Under the pieces are notes generated by a model, which was given only the letters and a program-made list of their open reading frames with translations, did no database searches and was not told where the DNA came from. From contig CAWIXE010000002.1 of the NCBI GenBank assembly GCA_963840035.1, positions 256,001-320,000 on the forward strand: 64,000 nt of DNA. The letters are read 5' to 3'. The translations under genes were made by a program, and so were the position numbers. This DNA comes from a candidate division FCPU426 bacterium (lineage in GTDB: Bacteria > Oederibacteriota > PGYV01 > Palsa-1178). The stretch's first letter is position 1, and each line of letters begins with the position of its first letter. Shown here in pieces: positions 28,537-40,782 of this stretch.

Positions 28537-28833
28537 TTTAACGGGGTGTTATTGGGCCTGAACCTGACAAAGCACATTGTGGAGGCTCACGGCGGGTGTA
28601 TATGGTCTGAATCAGGCGGGAAGGGAAAAGGCGCGTGTTTTTATTTCGCGATACCGTTGAAATAAATGGAAAATGCAAAAATAAAAGAAATACTGCTTGT
28701 TGATGATGAGCCGTCCATGGGCAAGGTGTTTTCGGCAATTTTTGAGGCTGATGCGGGGTACAAACTACTGTGGGTCCCCGGCGGTGAAGAATGCCTGAAA
28801 ACTATTTTTCGCCGCTTTTTGGGGATGAACTAA
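28537..28833 (+). pseudogene. Relic two-component pair: histidine kinase C-terminal fragment (to 28665) and truncated receiver (28666-28833)
   Basis: Manual translation gives LGLNLTKHIVEAHGGCIWSESGGKGKGACFYFAIPLK* then MENAKIKEILLVDDEPSMGKVF...GGEECLK...*. Confidence 0.8.
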
Positions 28834-28998
28834 GGTCCAAAGCCGCGGCAACCGGGGCAGACGGATTCATACAAAAGGGAATTAATTTATTTGAGACTGT
28901 AAAGACAATAAAAAAGCTTTTGGAAGAAGGATAAGGCGCCTGTATCACCGCGTTTTTTACATTTAAACGATTTTATAACGGCGTTTTCTGAAAACATC

Positions 28999-29026
28999 TT
29001 GACATAACAGCCATATATGGTAATAT
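28999..29026 (+). promoter_or_regulatory. Putative sigma70 promoter
   Basis: TTGACA-16 bp-TAATAT with an extended TG. Confidence 0.55.
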
Positions 29027-29069
29027 TATTGAAGTAATCAGGGAAAAAATAAAAATAGGTGGCGATAAT

Positions 29070-29816
29070 ATGAGAAAAATTACCGCAATAACGCTGGTTA
29101 TCAGCATATTAATTTCACCGTTAGCGTTCGCCGCTGACGCCCCGAAGCCATCAACTACACCCAGCAAAATGTCAATTATTGAGCAAAAAGTGCAGGAAAA
29201 ACTTGATGTTATAAACAGGGCCGGCACAACAGGCCAGAACGTTGAAAAAGAAATAACCTTTGATAAGTACAAAAAGAAAGCAGTCGAGGAGAAACCCCTT
29301 GCTGACATGTCAAACGCCCCTAAATTCGATATGATAACACTCGCCCAGCTTAATGTATTCGCCGGTTTCTTTGAAGGCGGCCTCATAGGAGCGGGCATCG
29401 GCCTTATCGGCTATTCCAAATCCATGAACACGGACAGGCGGCCGCTGGTTGCCGGGTCCATCGCAGGCTTATTTACAGGCGCCGGATTGGCAGCGGGGCT
29501 GTCGCTCTGGCAGTCAATTTCAAAAAGGTATTCATCGTCTGACGACTACGGTTATGACCTCATAGGAGGGACAGTAGTAGGCGCGTGCATAGGCGCGGCA
29601 GGCGGTCTCATATCATACGGAAAGACAAGGGACCTTGAGAATGTATCGGAAGGCATGGGATGGGGAGTGCTGGTAGGCGCTACGCTTGGCCTGGCCCTCG
29701 GCACCATTGAAACATTCATACCTGAGGAATACAGGGGTATGTCATTAAAACTTCGCGCGTTTAACATAGAGCAGAGAAATGATGCTACTGTGTTAAGCTG
29801 CAACATAAAGTACTGA
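29070..29816 (+). CDS. Exported glycine-zipper membrane protein
   Basis: Signal peptide; repeated GxxxG helices in two internal repeats. Confidence 0.75.
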   Translation: MRKITAITLVISILISPLAFAADAPKPSTTPSKMSIIEQKVQEKLDVINRAGTTGQNVEKEITFDKYKKKAVEEKPLADMSNAPKFDMITLAQLNVFAGFFEGGLIGAGIGLIGYSKSMNTDRRPLVAGSIAGLFTGAGLAAGLSLWQSISKRYSSSDDYGYDLIGGTVVGACIGAAGGLISYGKTRDLENVSEGMGWGVLVGATLGLALGTIETFIPEEYRGMSLKLRAFNIEQRNDATVLSCNIKY

Positions 29817-29825
29817 GGTGGCCCG

Positions 29826-30191
29826 ATGAAAAAAACACTGATTGCTCTCATAATATCGGCCGTGCTCGCGTCATGCGCGATGGCCGGCGACATAGGAAAT
29901 ATAATCGGCGTTGACCTTCTGATCGGCGCCGCGGGCGGCGCTGCCATGGGCTGCGCGCTGGCCACTCCTTCGTATATGTCCGGCGACCAGAAAGACGCGA
30001 CGACATTTTTAGTCGGAGCCGGATGGGGCGCGCTTGCGGGTTCCATAGTGGGGCTGGCTTACGGGGTATACGGGGTCATAGAGCACGTTAACATGAGGTC
30101 AAAGTCGAAAACCGGCATGATAGAGCCTGACGGGGTATTCGTCGAATATAACACGCAAAAATGCGGGTTGCAGTTTACAAGGGTATTCTAA
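29826..30191 (+). CDS. Small exported glycine-zipper protein
   Basis: Signal peptide; DLLIGAAGGAAMG...GAGWGALAG resembles the second repeat of the upstream gene. Confidence 0.75.
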   Translation: MKKTLIALIISAVLASCAMAGDIGNIIGVDLLIGAAGGAAMGCALATPSYMSGDQKDATTFLVGAGWGALAGSIVGLAYGVYGVIEHVNMRSKSKTGMIEPDGVFVEYNTQKCGLQFTRVF

Positions 30192-30220
30192 AAAAACATA
30201 TTTTGAAAGGGAGGCAGATC

Positions 30221-30649
30221 ATGAAAAAGACTAAAGTTCTATTGCTTGTAGTTGTAGCTTTATCTGTTGTTTTTACTATCGGCTGCGCGGCAAGGCAGAC
30301 GGTAAAGCCGGACGTAACACCGGAGCCGACACAGAACGCGGCAGTGGAAGAACCCACGCCGGTAGCTACGGCTGTTCCGGGAGTAAAGTATGTTGTAAAA
30401 AAAGGCGATACTCTCTGGGGAATATCTTCACTCGGAAAGATCTATCAGGACCCGTTCCAGTGGCCGCTCATTTTTAAATCAAACAGGGACCAGATAAATG
30501 ACCCGGATATCATCGAAATCGGCCAGCAGCTTGAGGTAAACAAAGGCCTTTCATCAGAGGAAATATCTGACGCGGTCCAGAAAGCCAAAGACACCCCTCC
30601 GTATAAGCCGCACACGGCGCCGAGGAAGGCTCTTCCGCTTAAGTATTAA
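30221..30649 (+). CDS. LysM peptidoglycan-binding lipoprotein
   Basis: Lipobox TIGC; YVVKKGDTLWGIS...WPLIFKSNRDQINDPDIIEIGQ. Confidence 0.9.
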   Translation: MKKTKVLLLVVVALSVVFTIGCAARQTVKPDVTPEPTQNAAVEEPTPVATAVPGVKYVVKKGDTLWGISSLGKIYQDPFQWPLIFKSNRDQINDPDIIEIGQQLEVNKGLSSEEISDAVQKAKDTPPYKPHTAPRKALPLKY

Positions 30650-30679
30650 TTAGCCATAAGCCATAAAGTGTTATATAAT

Positions 30680-30714
30680 GCAGGGGCCGGTGAAAGCCGG
30701 CCCTTGCTCTTTTT
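30680..30714 (+). terminator. Intrinsic terminator after the LysM gene
   Basis: GCAGGGGCCGGT-GAAA-GCCGGCCCTTGC followed by TCTTTTT. Confidence 0.7.
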
Positions 30715-30719
30715 AATGC

Positions 30720-30805
30720 GTTCGGAGGGTGGAGTGAGGCGTAAAGCGTTCGGAGTTGAACTGCTTACGGTCCAAACTTCGAACCCCGAACTCCGAACCC
30801 CGAAC
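30720..30805. repeat. Heptamer (CCGAAC.) inverted-repeat element
   Basis: GTTCGGAG units facing CTTCGAAC-CCCGAAC-TCCGAAC-CCCGAAC. Confidence 0.65.
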
Positions 30806-30820
30806 AATACAGGCGGTTTT

Positions 30821-31234
30821 ATGAAACAAAACACAGTGAACACAACCTACAGAAAGCATTTCACCCCGGGCATAGACCCGGCTGCTGTTATATCCCTTAT
30901 TTTACAGGGGGAAAGAAAGCAGGGGCTTGAAATTAACCTTGTTTTTGTGGATAATAGGGAGATAAAGGCCATAAACCTGGAGTATCGGCTGAAGAACCGG
31001 GAAACTGACGTTATTTCCTTTGAGTCAAAGAGCGGCGGGGATATATTTATTTCCGTGGATAAGGCACGGCAACAGGCTAAGGAGTACGGCGCGGGATTAA
31101 GCGAAGAAATAATAAGGCTCACGGTGCACGGGACGCTGCACGTGCTCGGGTATGACCACATAAAAAAGGCGGATGAGAAAAAGATGAAACCGAAAGAGAA
31201 TAAGTACATGAAAAAAGCGATGGCGGGCCTGTAA
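30821..31234 (+). CDS. ybeY: rRNA maturation endoribonuclease YbeY
   Basis: TDVISF, GDIFIS, HGTLHVLGYDH. Confidence 0.95.
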   Translation: MKQNTVNTTYRKHFTPGIDPAAVISLILQGERKQGLEINLVFVDNREIKAINLEYRLKNRETDVISFESKSGGDIFISVDKARQQAKEYGAGLSEEIIRLTVHGTLHVLGYDHIKKADEKKMKPKENKYMKKAMAGL

Positions 31235-32520
31235 TGGATTTTATGATGCAGTTGCAGCTTTACATACTAGCGGCGCTTTTCATACTTGCCGCGCTCCTGT
31301 CAGCGGCGGAGACGGCCATCATAGGCATGAACAGGATCAAGATAATGGCCAACATAAAGGAAAACCATCCGAAATCAAAATACCTGAAAGTGTGGATGTC
31401 CGAGCCTAACAAGCTGCTCGCTACGCTTTCCATCTGCATAAATGTGGTGGCGATTTCCTCATCCACGATAGGCGCTTTCATATCCATCGACATAGCATCG
31501 ATGACAGGCATAGACCCGGCAATCACCGCTACTGCCATGGCCGCGCTGATAACCATTATCATAATAGTCTTTGGCGAAATATCGCCGAAGATTTTCGCGA
31601 TACATAACACGGAAAAACTCGGGCTGGCCCTGATCGGCCCGGTCGTCATGATATACAGGATGATCAGGCCCTTAACCGAGCTGTTTGTAAAGATAAGCAG
31701 CGCCACAATAAAACTTTTTGGCGGGCAGGCGTCTTCGAGCATACCCGTAATATCCGCGAAGGATATTACGGCGGTGCTAAGCGCGAGCGAGGAACAGGGG
31801 TATATAGACGAGCAGGAAAAGGAAATGATGTCGTCGATTTTGAGTTTTACGGACATGCAGGTTAAGCAGGCCATGGTGCCCAGGACGTCGATTACGGCTG
31901 TCGACATAGCGTGGAGCGAGGATAAAATCCTGGACATGATAATGGAAGCCGGCTATTCCAGGATGCCGGTTTATAAAGGAAGCCTGGATAATATCGTGGG
32001 CATCCTTTACACGAAGGATATGCTCTCCATGATAAAGAACCGCGGGCTTATTATTTTCCATGACATAATGAGGATACCGTACTTTGTGCCTGAAACAAAA
32101 AACATCGGCGATCTGCTCAAAGAATTTAAAAAGGGCAAGATACACATGGCAATAATAGTTGACGAGTTCGGCGGCACATCAGGCCTTATAACCCTTGAAG
32201 ACGTGCTTGAGGAGATAGTGGGCGAGATCAAGGATGAATACGACACGGACGAAAGGGATTTAGACGAGACCGGACCGGATAATTATGTGGCAAAAGGCCG
32301 CCTGGAGATAAGCAAGCTCAATGACGCACCTTACAGGCTCGAAATTCCCGAGGAAGAAGGGGTAAATACCATAGGCGGTTTTGTGACAGCACTTTTCGGA
32401 TACGTCCCGAAAATAGGCGAGGAAAAATCATACGGAAACATTAAATTTACGGTTTTAAAGTCTGATGAGAGAAAAATAAACCGTCTGAAGATAGAAGTAA
32501 TCGCGAAAAAGACCGAATAG
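31234..32520 (+). CDS. CNNM/DUF21-CBS-CorC (TlyC/hemolysin-family) Mg/Co transporter
   Basis: SAAETA, FGEISPK, MVPRT, YSRMPVY, VDEFGGTSGLITLEDVLEEIVGEI. Confidence 0.92.
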   Translation: MDFMMQLQLYILAALFILAALLSAAETAIIGMNRIKIMANIKENHPKSKYLKVWMSEPNKLLATLSICINVVAISSSTIGAFISIDIASMTGIDPAITATAMAALITIIIIVFGEISPKIFAIHNTEKLGLALIGPVVMIYRMIRPLTELFVKISSATIKLFGGQASSSIPVISAKDITAVLSASEEQGYIDEQEKEMMSSILSFTDMQVKQAMVPRTSITAVDIAWSEDKILDMIMEAGYSRMPVYKGSLDNIVGILYTKDMLSMIKNRGLIIFHDIMRIPYFVPETKNIGDLLKEFKKGKIHMAIIVDEFGGTSGLITLEDVLEEIVGEIKDEYDTDERDLDETGPDNYVAKGRLEISKLNDAPYRLEIPEEEGVNTIGGFVTALFGYVPKIGEEKSYGNIKFTVLKSDERKINRLKIEVIAKKTE

Positions 32521-32609
32521 AACGGCAGGGAATGGGTAATGGGGAATCGGGAATAAAAACGTGAAAGAACGATTCGGCTTTTGTCGAGGGATAAATCGTT
32601 CAGGCACCG

Positions 32610-32633
32610 GTAGCCGCAGCCTTCAGGCTGCGA
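32610..32633 (+). repeat. GTAG-type REP-like palindrome (identical to the copy at 41340)
   Basis: GTAGCCGCAGCCTTCAGGCTGCGA. Confidence 0.75.
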
Positions 32634-32708
32634 TAGGCAGGATTTGCCCTGTATGGCGGCCTGTGTTACTTCCGGTTTGTCGATTGATACTTTTTCGGGG
32701 GTTAAAGT

Positions 32709-33266
32709 ATGCAGGTAAAAGGCGTGAGCGTGGCAGCGACAAGGGAGTTTGTAAAGTCAAGGTTTGAGGACGCGGGGTATGAAAAATGGCTTGCAGCCAT
32801 GCCTGCCGCGTCAAAGAAAATATTTGACAGCCCGATTCTGGCCTCTGAATGGTATGAGCCTGCCGCGGCATTTCAGGAGCCGACAAAGGCCGTGTGCGCC
32901 GCGTTTTACGGCGGGGACCTCTCGGGCGCGCGCGAACTGGGCAAGTTCGCGGCTGTTTACTCCATGAAAGGCATTTATAAGATATTTATGAAAGTGGCCT
33001 CGGTTACTTTTGTCCTTGAAAGAGCCGGGCAGATATTTACGTCCTACTACAAACCGAGCGCGATTTCCGTGACAACCCACGGGGATAAAGCCGTGACTTT
33101 AAGCGTCACGCAGTTTGAAGGCATGACCGCTTATGTGGAAGCCAGGATAGGCGGGTGGCTTGAAGGCGTTCTGGAAATGTGCGCGAGGAAGGAAATAAAG
33201 GTAATTACGAAAAAGTCCATGTCAAAAGGCGACAAGGCTACGGATTTTTATATGGAGTGGAAGTAA
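32709..33266 (+). CDS. Conserved hypothetical protein (V4R/DUF2378-like fold suspected)
   Basis: VKG...WY...G.Y..F...GW..G....W pattern; codon usage like neighbouring genes. Confidence 0.65.
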   Translation: MQVKGVSVAATREFVKSRFEDAGYEKWLAAMPAASKKIFDSPILASEWYEPAAAFQEPTKAVCAAFYGGDLSGARELGKFAAVYSMKGIYKIFMKVASVTFVLERAGQIFTSYYKPSAISVTTHGDKAVTLSVTQFEGMTAYVEARIGGWLEGVLEMCARKEIKVITKKSMSKGDKATDFYMEWK

Positions 33267-33271
33267 AACGG

Positions 33272-33420
33272 AGTCGCAAGACCCAAGACCCAGGGCCCAA
33301 GTCACGATGCCTAAGCCGGGTTTATGTAAAAATATATTGTAAAATACCGTTGAAATGATAAAATTATCAAGATTTTCAGGATTAAGACTCAATATTTACT
33401 TGGGTCTTGGGTCATGAGAC
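33272..33420. repeat. Heptamer (CCCAAGA) inverted arms enclosing the probable leuS promoter
   Basis: AGACCCAAGACCCAGGGCCCAAGT ... ACTTGGGTCTTGGGTC; TTGTAA-17-TAAAAT lies between the arms. Confidence 0.65.
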
Positions 33421-33451
33421 TATTTTTTTCAGACTATTATTCGGAGGCGTT

Positions 33452-35941
<2,490 letters not shown>

Positions 35942-35945
35942 GATC

Positions 35946-36033
35946 AGCTTAAAACTGAAAGTTTAAAATTTAAAGTTGAGGCAGAGATTTGTTCCGGTAT
36001 CAACTTTCACTTTTCAGTTTTAAATTTTAAGTT
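35946..36033. repeat. Heptamer (CTGAAAG/TTAAAA.) inverted-repeat element
   Basis: ~34-bp imperfect inverted arms filling the leuS-lptE spacer. Confidence 0.8.
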
Positions 36034-36047
36034 AAACGGAGGTTTTT

Positions 36048-36560
36048 ATGAAAAAAGTGTTTTTAGCGGTGCTTGCAGTTGTTGCTTCACTAGGTCTTGT
36101 GTCCTGCGCGGGTTACTCTCCCCAGGTCCAGTTTCCATCCTACATCACAAAAGTGGCGGTGCCGATATTCGCCAACAAAACGGACCGTTTCGGCATGGAG
36201 CAGTACGTGACACAGAAAACCATTGACCAGTTTATTTCAGACGGAAAGGTGTCAATCGCCGATGAACAGTCCGCTGACGCCGTTGTTAAGTGCGCCATAG
36301 AGCAGTACGTGCTTATGCCCACCAGGTATGACACGAACCAGGTGCCTCAGGAATACAGGCTTAAAATCACGGTGTCGCTCTTTTTCTTCGACAACAAGAA
36401 CCAGAGGAAACTCTGGGAAGAACCGAAGTTATGGGAAGACACCACATACTATGTTGTAAACAGCCTCGGCATGCCGGCTGAAACGGAAGAGATGGCAAGG
36501 AACAGGCTTTTAGACAAACTTGCCGAAAGGGTATTTAGAAGGGTGATATACGGGTGGTAA
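36048..36560 (+). CDS. lptE: LptE-like lipoprotein
   Basis: Lipobox LVSC-AGY, VAVPIFANKT, EYRLKITV; leuS-lptE-holA synteny. Confidence 0.75.
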   Translation: MKKVFLAVLAVVASLGLVSCAGYSPQVQFPSYITKVAVPIFANKTDRFGMEQYVTQKTIDQFISDGKVSIADEQSADAVVKCAIEQYVLMPTRYDTNQVPQEYRLKITVSLFFFDNKNQRKLWEEPKLWEDTTYYVVNSLGMPAETEEMARNRLLDKLAERVFRRVIYGW

Positions 36561-36561
36561 T

Positions 36562-37125
36562 ATGAGGAAACAATTTGCTGCAGCGCTCATCATAGCGGCG
36601 TTTTGCGCGCCGGTTTTTGCCGGCGAAGCGGGCGGGTTCATTCCCGGGCATATTACCACGTGCCATGCCTTTATAAACGGCTACCCCGCGGACACCACAA
36701 ACTGGTTCTTCCGCGCGCAGCATAAGGTGGTGCAGTACTGGGCGTATTTCCTTTTCCCTTCGGGCAAGGAAATAGCCGCCGCTAAATCAAAGAACTACCT
36801 GTTTATTAACCCGTATGAGCTGTACTCCGGCGCCGGCAAATTCAAGGATGAAAACAACTATGTCTTTGAGAACAGGTGGATATCCCCGTCAGGCAAAACC
36901 ATAGCGGAGAAAGTCTACTCCTGGAATAAAACCTCGGCCACTGATAAGATTACGATAGACAACAGGAATTATGTTTCATACGCGTTTATTAATTATGTGG
37001 GTATCGCCCAGATGTTCAAGGAAAACGGCCAGGAAAGGCTGCCGGACGAAGTGGGGCTTTACCATATTAACCTTTACATAAACGGCGAACTGGCGGCGGT
37101 TACTTTTTTTGAGATGAAAGACTGA
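36562..37125 (+). CDS. Hypothetical exported protein
   Basis: Signal peptide (VFA); beta-rich W.SP.G...G.Y...LY.NG pattern. Confidence 0.75.
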   Translation: MRKQFAAALIIAAFCAPVFAGEAGGFIPGHITTCHAFINGYPADTTNWFFRAQHKVVQYWAYFLFPSGKEIAAAKSKNYLFINPYELYSGAGKFKDENNYVFENRWISPSGKTIAEKVYSWNKTSATDKITIDNRNYVSYAFINYVGIAQMFKENGQERLPDEVGLYHINLYINGELAAVTFFEMKD

Positions 37126-37132
37126 TAAAGGC

Positions 37133-37253
37133 AGCTGAAAATTGAAAGTTTAAAATTGAAAGCTGGAACAAAGAAAATCAAAAACTGACAACTAAAAGCT
37201 GAAAGCGGGGACTATCGCCTCCACTTTCAGCTTTCAATTTTAAGTTTTCAGTT
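37133..37253. repeat. Heptamer (CTGAAAG/TTGAAAG) inverted-repeat element
   Basis: GCTGAAAATTGAAAGTTTAAAATTGAAAG ... CTTTCAGCTTTCAATTTTAAGTTTTCAGTT. Confidence 0.8.
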
Positions 37254-37265
37254 AAAAGGTGACAT

Positions 37266-38249
37266 TTGGCAACGAAGTATATCAAAACAGCAAAACCAGA
37301 GCAGTACTACGTCGTCGCGGGGGAGGATGATTTCTTCCGCAGGGAGTTCATAAGGGAACTGCTTGATAACTTCCTAAAAAAAGACGTGGATGAGACTTCC
37401 ATAGAGAACTTTGATTTTTCCGAAAAGGCCGCGGCGCCTCCGGTGGAGGCTTTAATAGAAGCCGCTTCGACCCAGCCTTTTTTTACCCCGAAAAAATTCG
37501 TCGTGGTCAGGGAATTTACAAAACTCTTAAAGGATGACATGGAAAAACTCACCGCGTTCCTGCCGGATGTGCCGGAATTCACTTTTCTGGTGCTGGGGAC
37601 AAGCGAGTCGGGAAAGAGGGTCTCGGACCTGGGCATTCCCGCTAAAAACTTCATAAACCTGCAATCCACAGCGGAAGCCGACATCCGCATGTGGGCAAAG
37701 AACCATTTAAAGGAACAGGGCAAGGAAATAGACCCCGAGGTGCTTGAATATGTCATCGCGGAAGCAAACTCCGACCCGGGCATTATCAGGGGGGAGATAG
37801 AGAAGATGCTCCTGGTCACAGGCGACAGAAGCGTAATTGGCAGGGAAGATTTCGAGAAGATAAGGGGCACGGAAAAAGGCTCCAGCATATATGAACTCAC
37901 CGACGCCATAAGCGCGAGGGATAAGAAAAAGGCGTTCATAACCCTGGAGAAAATATACGATGACTCGTCGCCTGAAATGATACTGGCCTTTATTTTTAAC
38001 GAGATAAAGAAGATGTACGTCTTTAAGTATTTCCTCTCGACAGGCCAGGTCAGCAAGGCCTTCAGGTTCGCCTTTACCAAAGACTCAAACGAAGCCATAA
38101 GAAGGGCAAAAGAATTCGCAAAACCCCCGTACATAGACATCCTGACCATAATAAAGGAAACGGATAAAAAAATTAAGCTCTCGGGAAGGGATAAGGCGAA
38201 AACGCTGCTTTATGTGATGATAGAGCGGATTTTAACGAGGGTGGGTTAA
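37266..38249 (+). CDS. holA: DNA polymerase III delta subunit
   Basis: YVVAGEDDF, PFFTPKKFVVV, EIEKM, IYELTDAI; lies between leuS/lptE and rpsT; TTG start. Confidence 0.85.
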   Translation: MATKYIKTAKPEQYYVVAGEDDFFRREFIRELLDNFLKKDVDETSIENFDFSEKAAAPPVEALIEAASTQPFFTPKKFVVVREFTKLLKDDMEKLTAFLPDVPEFTFLVLGTSESGKRVSDLGIPAKNFINLQSTAEADIRMWAKNHLKEQGKEIDPEVLEYVIAEANSDPGIIRGEIEKMLLVTGDRSVIGREDFEKIRGTEKGSSIYELTDAISARDKKKAFITLEKIYDDSSPEMILAFIFNEIKKMYVFKYFLSTGQVSKAFRFAFTKDSNEAIRRAKEFAKPPYIDILTIIKETDKKIKLSGRDKAKTLLYVMIERILTRVG

Positions 38250-38255
38250 GTGCTG

Positions 38256-38378
38256 AATTACTAATTACAAATTACTGATTACTAATGAAAATCTGCAAAC
38301 AAACCTATTAAAATAAAAAACCGCGGCGCGAGCCGCGGTTTTCCTTTATTAGTAATTTGTCATTAGTAATTAGTAATT
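38256..38378. repeat. Heptamer (AATTACT) inverted arms enclosing a terminator
   Basis: AATTACTAATTACAAATTACTGATTACTAAT ... ATTAGTAATTTGTCATTAGTAATTAGTAATT. Confidence 0.75.
38315..38342. terminator. Terminator between convergent holA and rpsT
   Basis: AAAAAACCGCGGC-GCGA-GCCGCGGTTTT. Confidence 0.8.
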
Positions 38379-38625
38379 ATTTTTTACCGGCCCTTTTCGC
38401 GGCGCGCGCTTTATACCTGTCGCCTGTGTTCTTTTTCAGAATGCCGGACTGTACTGCTTTGTCCACGACCGAGTATACTTTAGGAAGCATTTTTGTCGCT
38501 TCTTCAGGCGTGACGGTTCTGAGTTTTTTCAATATGTTGCGGACCTGGGATACTACGCCTTTCCTTCTTTCGGTCCTTTTTACCGTTTTCCTTAAGTCCT
38601 TTATTGAAGCTTTTAAATTAGGCAT
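38377..38625 (-). CDS. rpsT: 30S ribosomal protein S20
   Basis: MPNLKASIK.LR...DKAVQSGILKKNTGDRYKAR; convergent on holA; SD GGAGG. Confidence 0.93.
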   Translation of the reverse strand: MPNLKASIKDLRKTVKRTERRKGVVSQVRNILKKLRTVTPEEATKMLPKVYSVVDKAVQSGILKKNTGDRYKARAAKRAGKK

Positions 38626-38853
38626 TTCCTACCTCCGTAGATTTGAAATAATGAAAAGATTCTAATATATATAAGGCTTATTGTCAACTTGAAAAACGTG
38701 TTTATCACCATATAAAACCGCGGGTTTAATGGTATCAAGGGGCGGATATTTGGTAAAAAAAGTTGATAACCCGTTATTTTACTATATAATTATGTATATA
38801 AGGCTGGATTATCATACCCGGAACACTGCAAACTCTCATAAAGGAGCATAATT

Positions 38854-39594
38854 GTGAAAAAACCATTATTTATTGCAATTAGCCTGTTTTTGTTCTTTTT
38901 GTCCGTGCCCCTGTCAGCGGATTTCCGTTATTACTCCTGGACATATCAGTTTGTTACCATGCCGCCCGGGGCCATTGAACTTGAGGTAAATAATACCTAC
39001 ACTGAGCCTAAAAAAGGGGTTTACTCTTCCGGTTACTGGGAAAGGCAGTATGAGATAGAGACCGGGCTGCTCGACAGGGTGGATTTTTCATTTTACATGA
39101 CTGACGCGAGGGTGACACCGGATGACATGATGAATACCACGGAGATAAAACTGCGCTCGCGCATCAAGCTTACTGAAAAAAAGGATGACTTTTTTGTGGA
39201 TCCGCTGTTGTATATTGAGTACAGGTTCAGGCAGAACAGGCGTTTGCCTGATACGTGGGAAATAAGGGGAGTTATAGCGAAAGATATGGGCCCGCTGCAT
39301 TCGGCGATAAACCTTTTTGCCGAAGAGGTAATAACGCATGAGGGCAGGTCAAAAAAATTTAATCCGGGATATGCCGCGGGTGTATCTTACGCGGTAATTG
39401 GGGACAGGCTCAGGCTGGGAATTGAAAGCACCGGCGATTTTAACAGCCAAAAGTATTTCCTGGGGCCGGCTGTTTCCTATAAAGGCAGGCACCTCTGGGC
39501 TGTGCTGACCCCGGCATTCGGCCTGACAGACAAGTCGGATTATATAAAGGTCCAGTTCGTTATAGGCGTGGTATTTGACATGCCGGAACAGTAA
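38854..39594 (+). CDS. Putative outer-membrane beta-barrel-like protein
   Basis: Signal peptide; WTYQ..TMP.G..ELE start; alternating beta-strand pattern. Confidence 0.65.
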   Translation: MKKPLFIAISLFLFFLSVPLSADFRYYSWTYQFVTMPPGAIELEVNNTYTEPKKGVYSSGYWERQYEIETGLLDRVDFSFYMTDARVTPDDMMNTTEIKLRSRIKLTEKKDDFFVDPLLYIEYRFRQNRRLPDTWEIRGVIAKDMGPLHSAINLFAEEVITHEGRSKKFNPGYAAGVSYAVIGDRLRLGIESTGDFNSQKYFLGPAVSYKGRHLWAVLTPAFGLTDKSDYIKVQFVIGVVFDMPEQ

Positions 39595-39617
39595 AAGCGC
39601 GTTTACAAAAATCCCCT

Positions 39618-39643
39618 GTAGGGGCGGCCCCATGTGGCCGCCC
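39618..39643 (+). repeat. GTAG-type REP-like palindrome
   Basis: GTAG-GGGCGGCC-CATGT-GGCCGCCC. Confidence 0.7.
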
Positions 39644-39766
39644 GAAACGCCGGATGCTTGTTCCTTAAAACGTAACTGAATATTTGAAAATGCCGATAAT
39701 TCTTGCCCGTTTTCCGCCTTTGTTATATAATAAGGAACATTTTACATCAAAATATAAGGTGGTAAT

Positions 39767-40438
39767 ATGGCAAAGATAAAGAAGGGAAAGGCCGGAAAGA
39801 AATCCGCAGGCGAGGCGCTTTTCATAGCGAAACTTAATATCCTCGATGTCATTACACTTTCAGGGATGCTTCTGGCTCTGACATCCATTCTCCACTCGCA
39901 CTACAGCAGGCTTGAGAACGCGCTGGCTTTCATGTTTGTGGCCATGCTGGTGGACAGCCTTGACAGGGAATTCGCGAAGGCGCTTAAAATGGAAAGGCTC
40001 TTCGGCCGCTTCCTGGACGGATTCATTGACCTTCTTGTTTATATAATAGCGCCGGCCGTCTTCTTTTATTATTTCGGGTTTGAAAGGGTGCACATAGTAT
40101 GGATGCTGCTTTTATACGGCGCGTGCGGCGTGGTCAGGCTTTCTGTTTATGACCAGGTGGGGGATATTAAGCTGGATAAGAATAAACTGGCATACATGGG
40201 CATGCCGGTTTACTGGTCGCATGTCATAGCCGCGGTTTTCTACGGGTTGTCCTATATCTGGAAAGGCGACGCCGTCGTGTTCACCGCAGGCGCGGTCATG
40301 CTGATTTACGCGTTCTTAATGGTGCTCAACAGGCCTTTCCCGCAGATAAAGTCAAAACCGTATATGTATGTCATTCTCGCGGGATTGATAGCGTTCTTTT
40401 TCTGGCTTGGAGCCACAAAAGGACAGCCGCTGTTTTGA
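39767..40438 (+). CDS. CDP-alcohol phosphatidyltransferase (PssA-like)
   Basis: DSLDREFAK...FGRFLDGFID, CGVVRLS.Y, YMGMP. Confidence 0.8.
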   Translation: MAKIKKGKAGKKSAGEALFIAKLNILDVITLSGMLLALTSILHSHYSRLENALAFMFVAMLVDSLDREFAKALKMERLFGRFLDGFIDLLVYIIAPAVFFYYFGFERVHIVWMLLLYGACGVVRLSVYDQVGDIKLDKNKLAYMGMPVYWSHVIAAVFYGLSYIWKGDAVVFTAGAVMLIYAFLMVLNRPFPQIKSKPYMYVILAGLIAFFFWLGATKGQPLF

Positions 40439-40782
40439 TAGAAGCCATATTCGTTAAAACTTGCGATTTAAACCTGCCGCGCGGGGCAATCAATTTAAAA
40501 ACCATATCAATCACATTGCTTTTTGTTTCTTTGGATTTTCAGGCCGTGGAACTTTGAATGAATATTTAATAATGAAAGTGCGCAATGGGCTGCGCGCTTT
40601 GCGCGGTGTGAACCACAAGTCATAAATAACCCCCTTATAACACGTTGTTTTTGCGGCATGCTATTTGCTCTTATATGTTAAAACAACGGAGGTGGGGTAT
40701 GGAAAGAATGACAGGTTACGCGCAGGGCAAAAAGATGAAATCACGCGCTTATCTACGGGGAAAAATTAAAGCGGGGGCAAAA

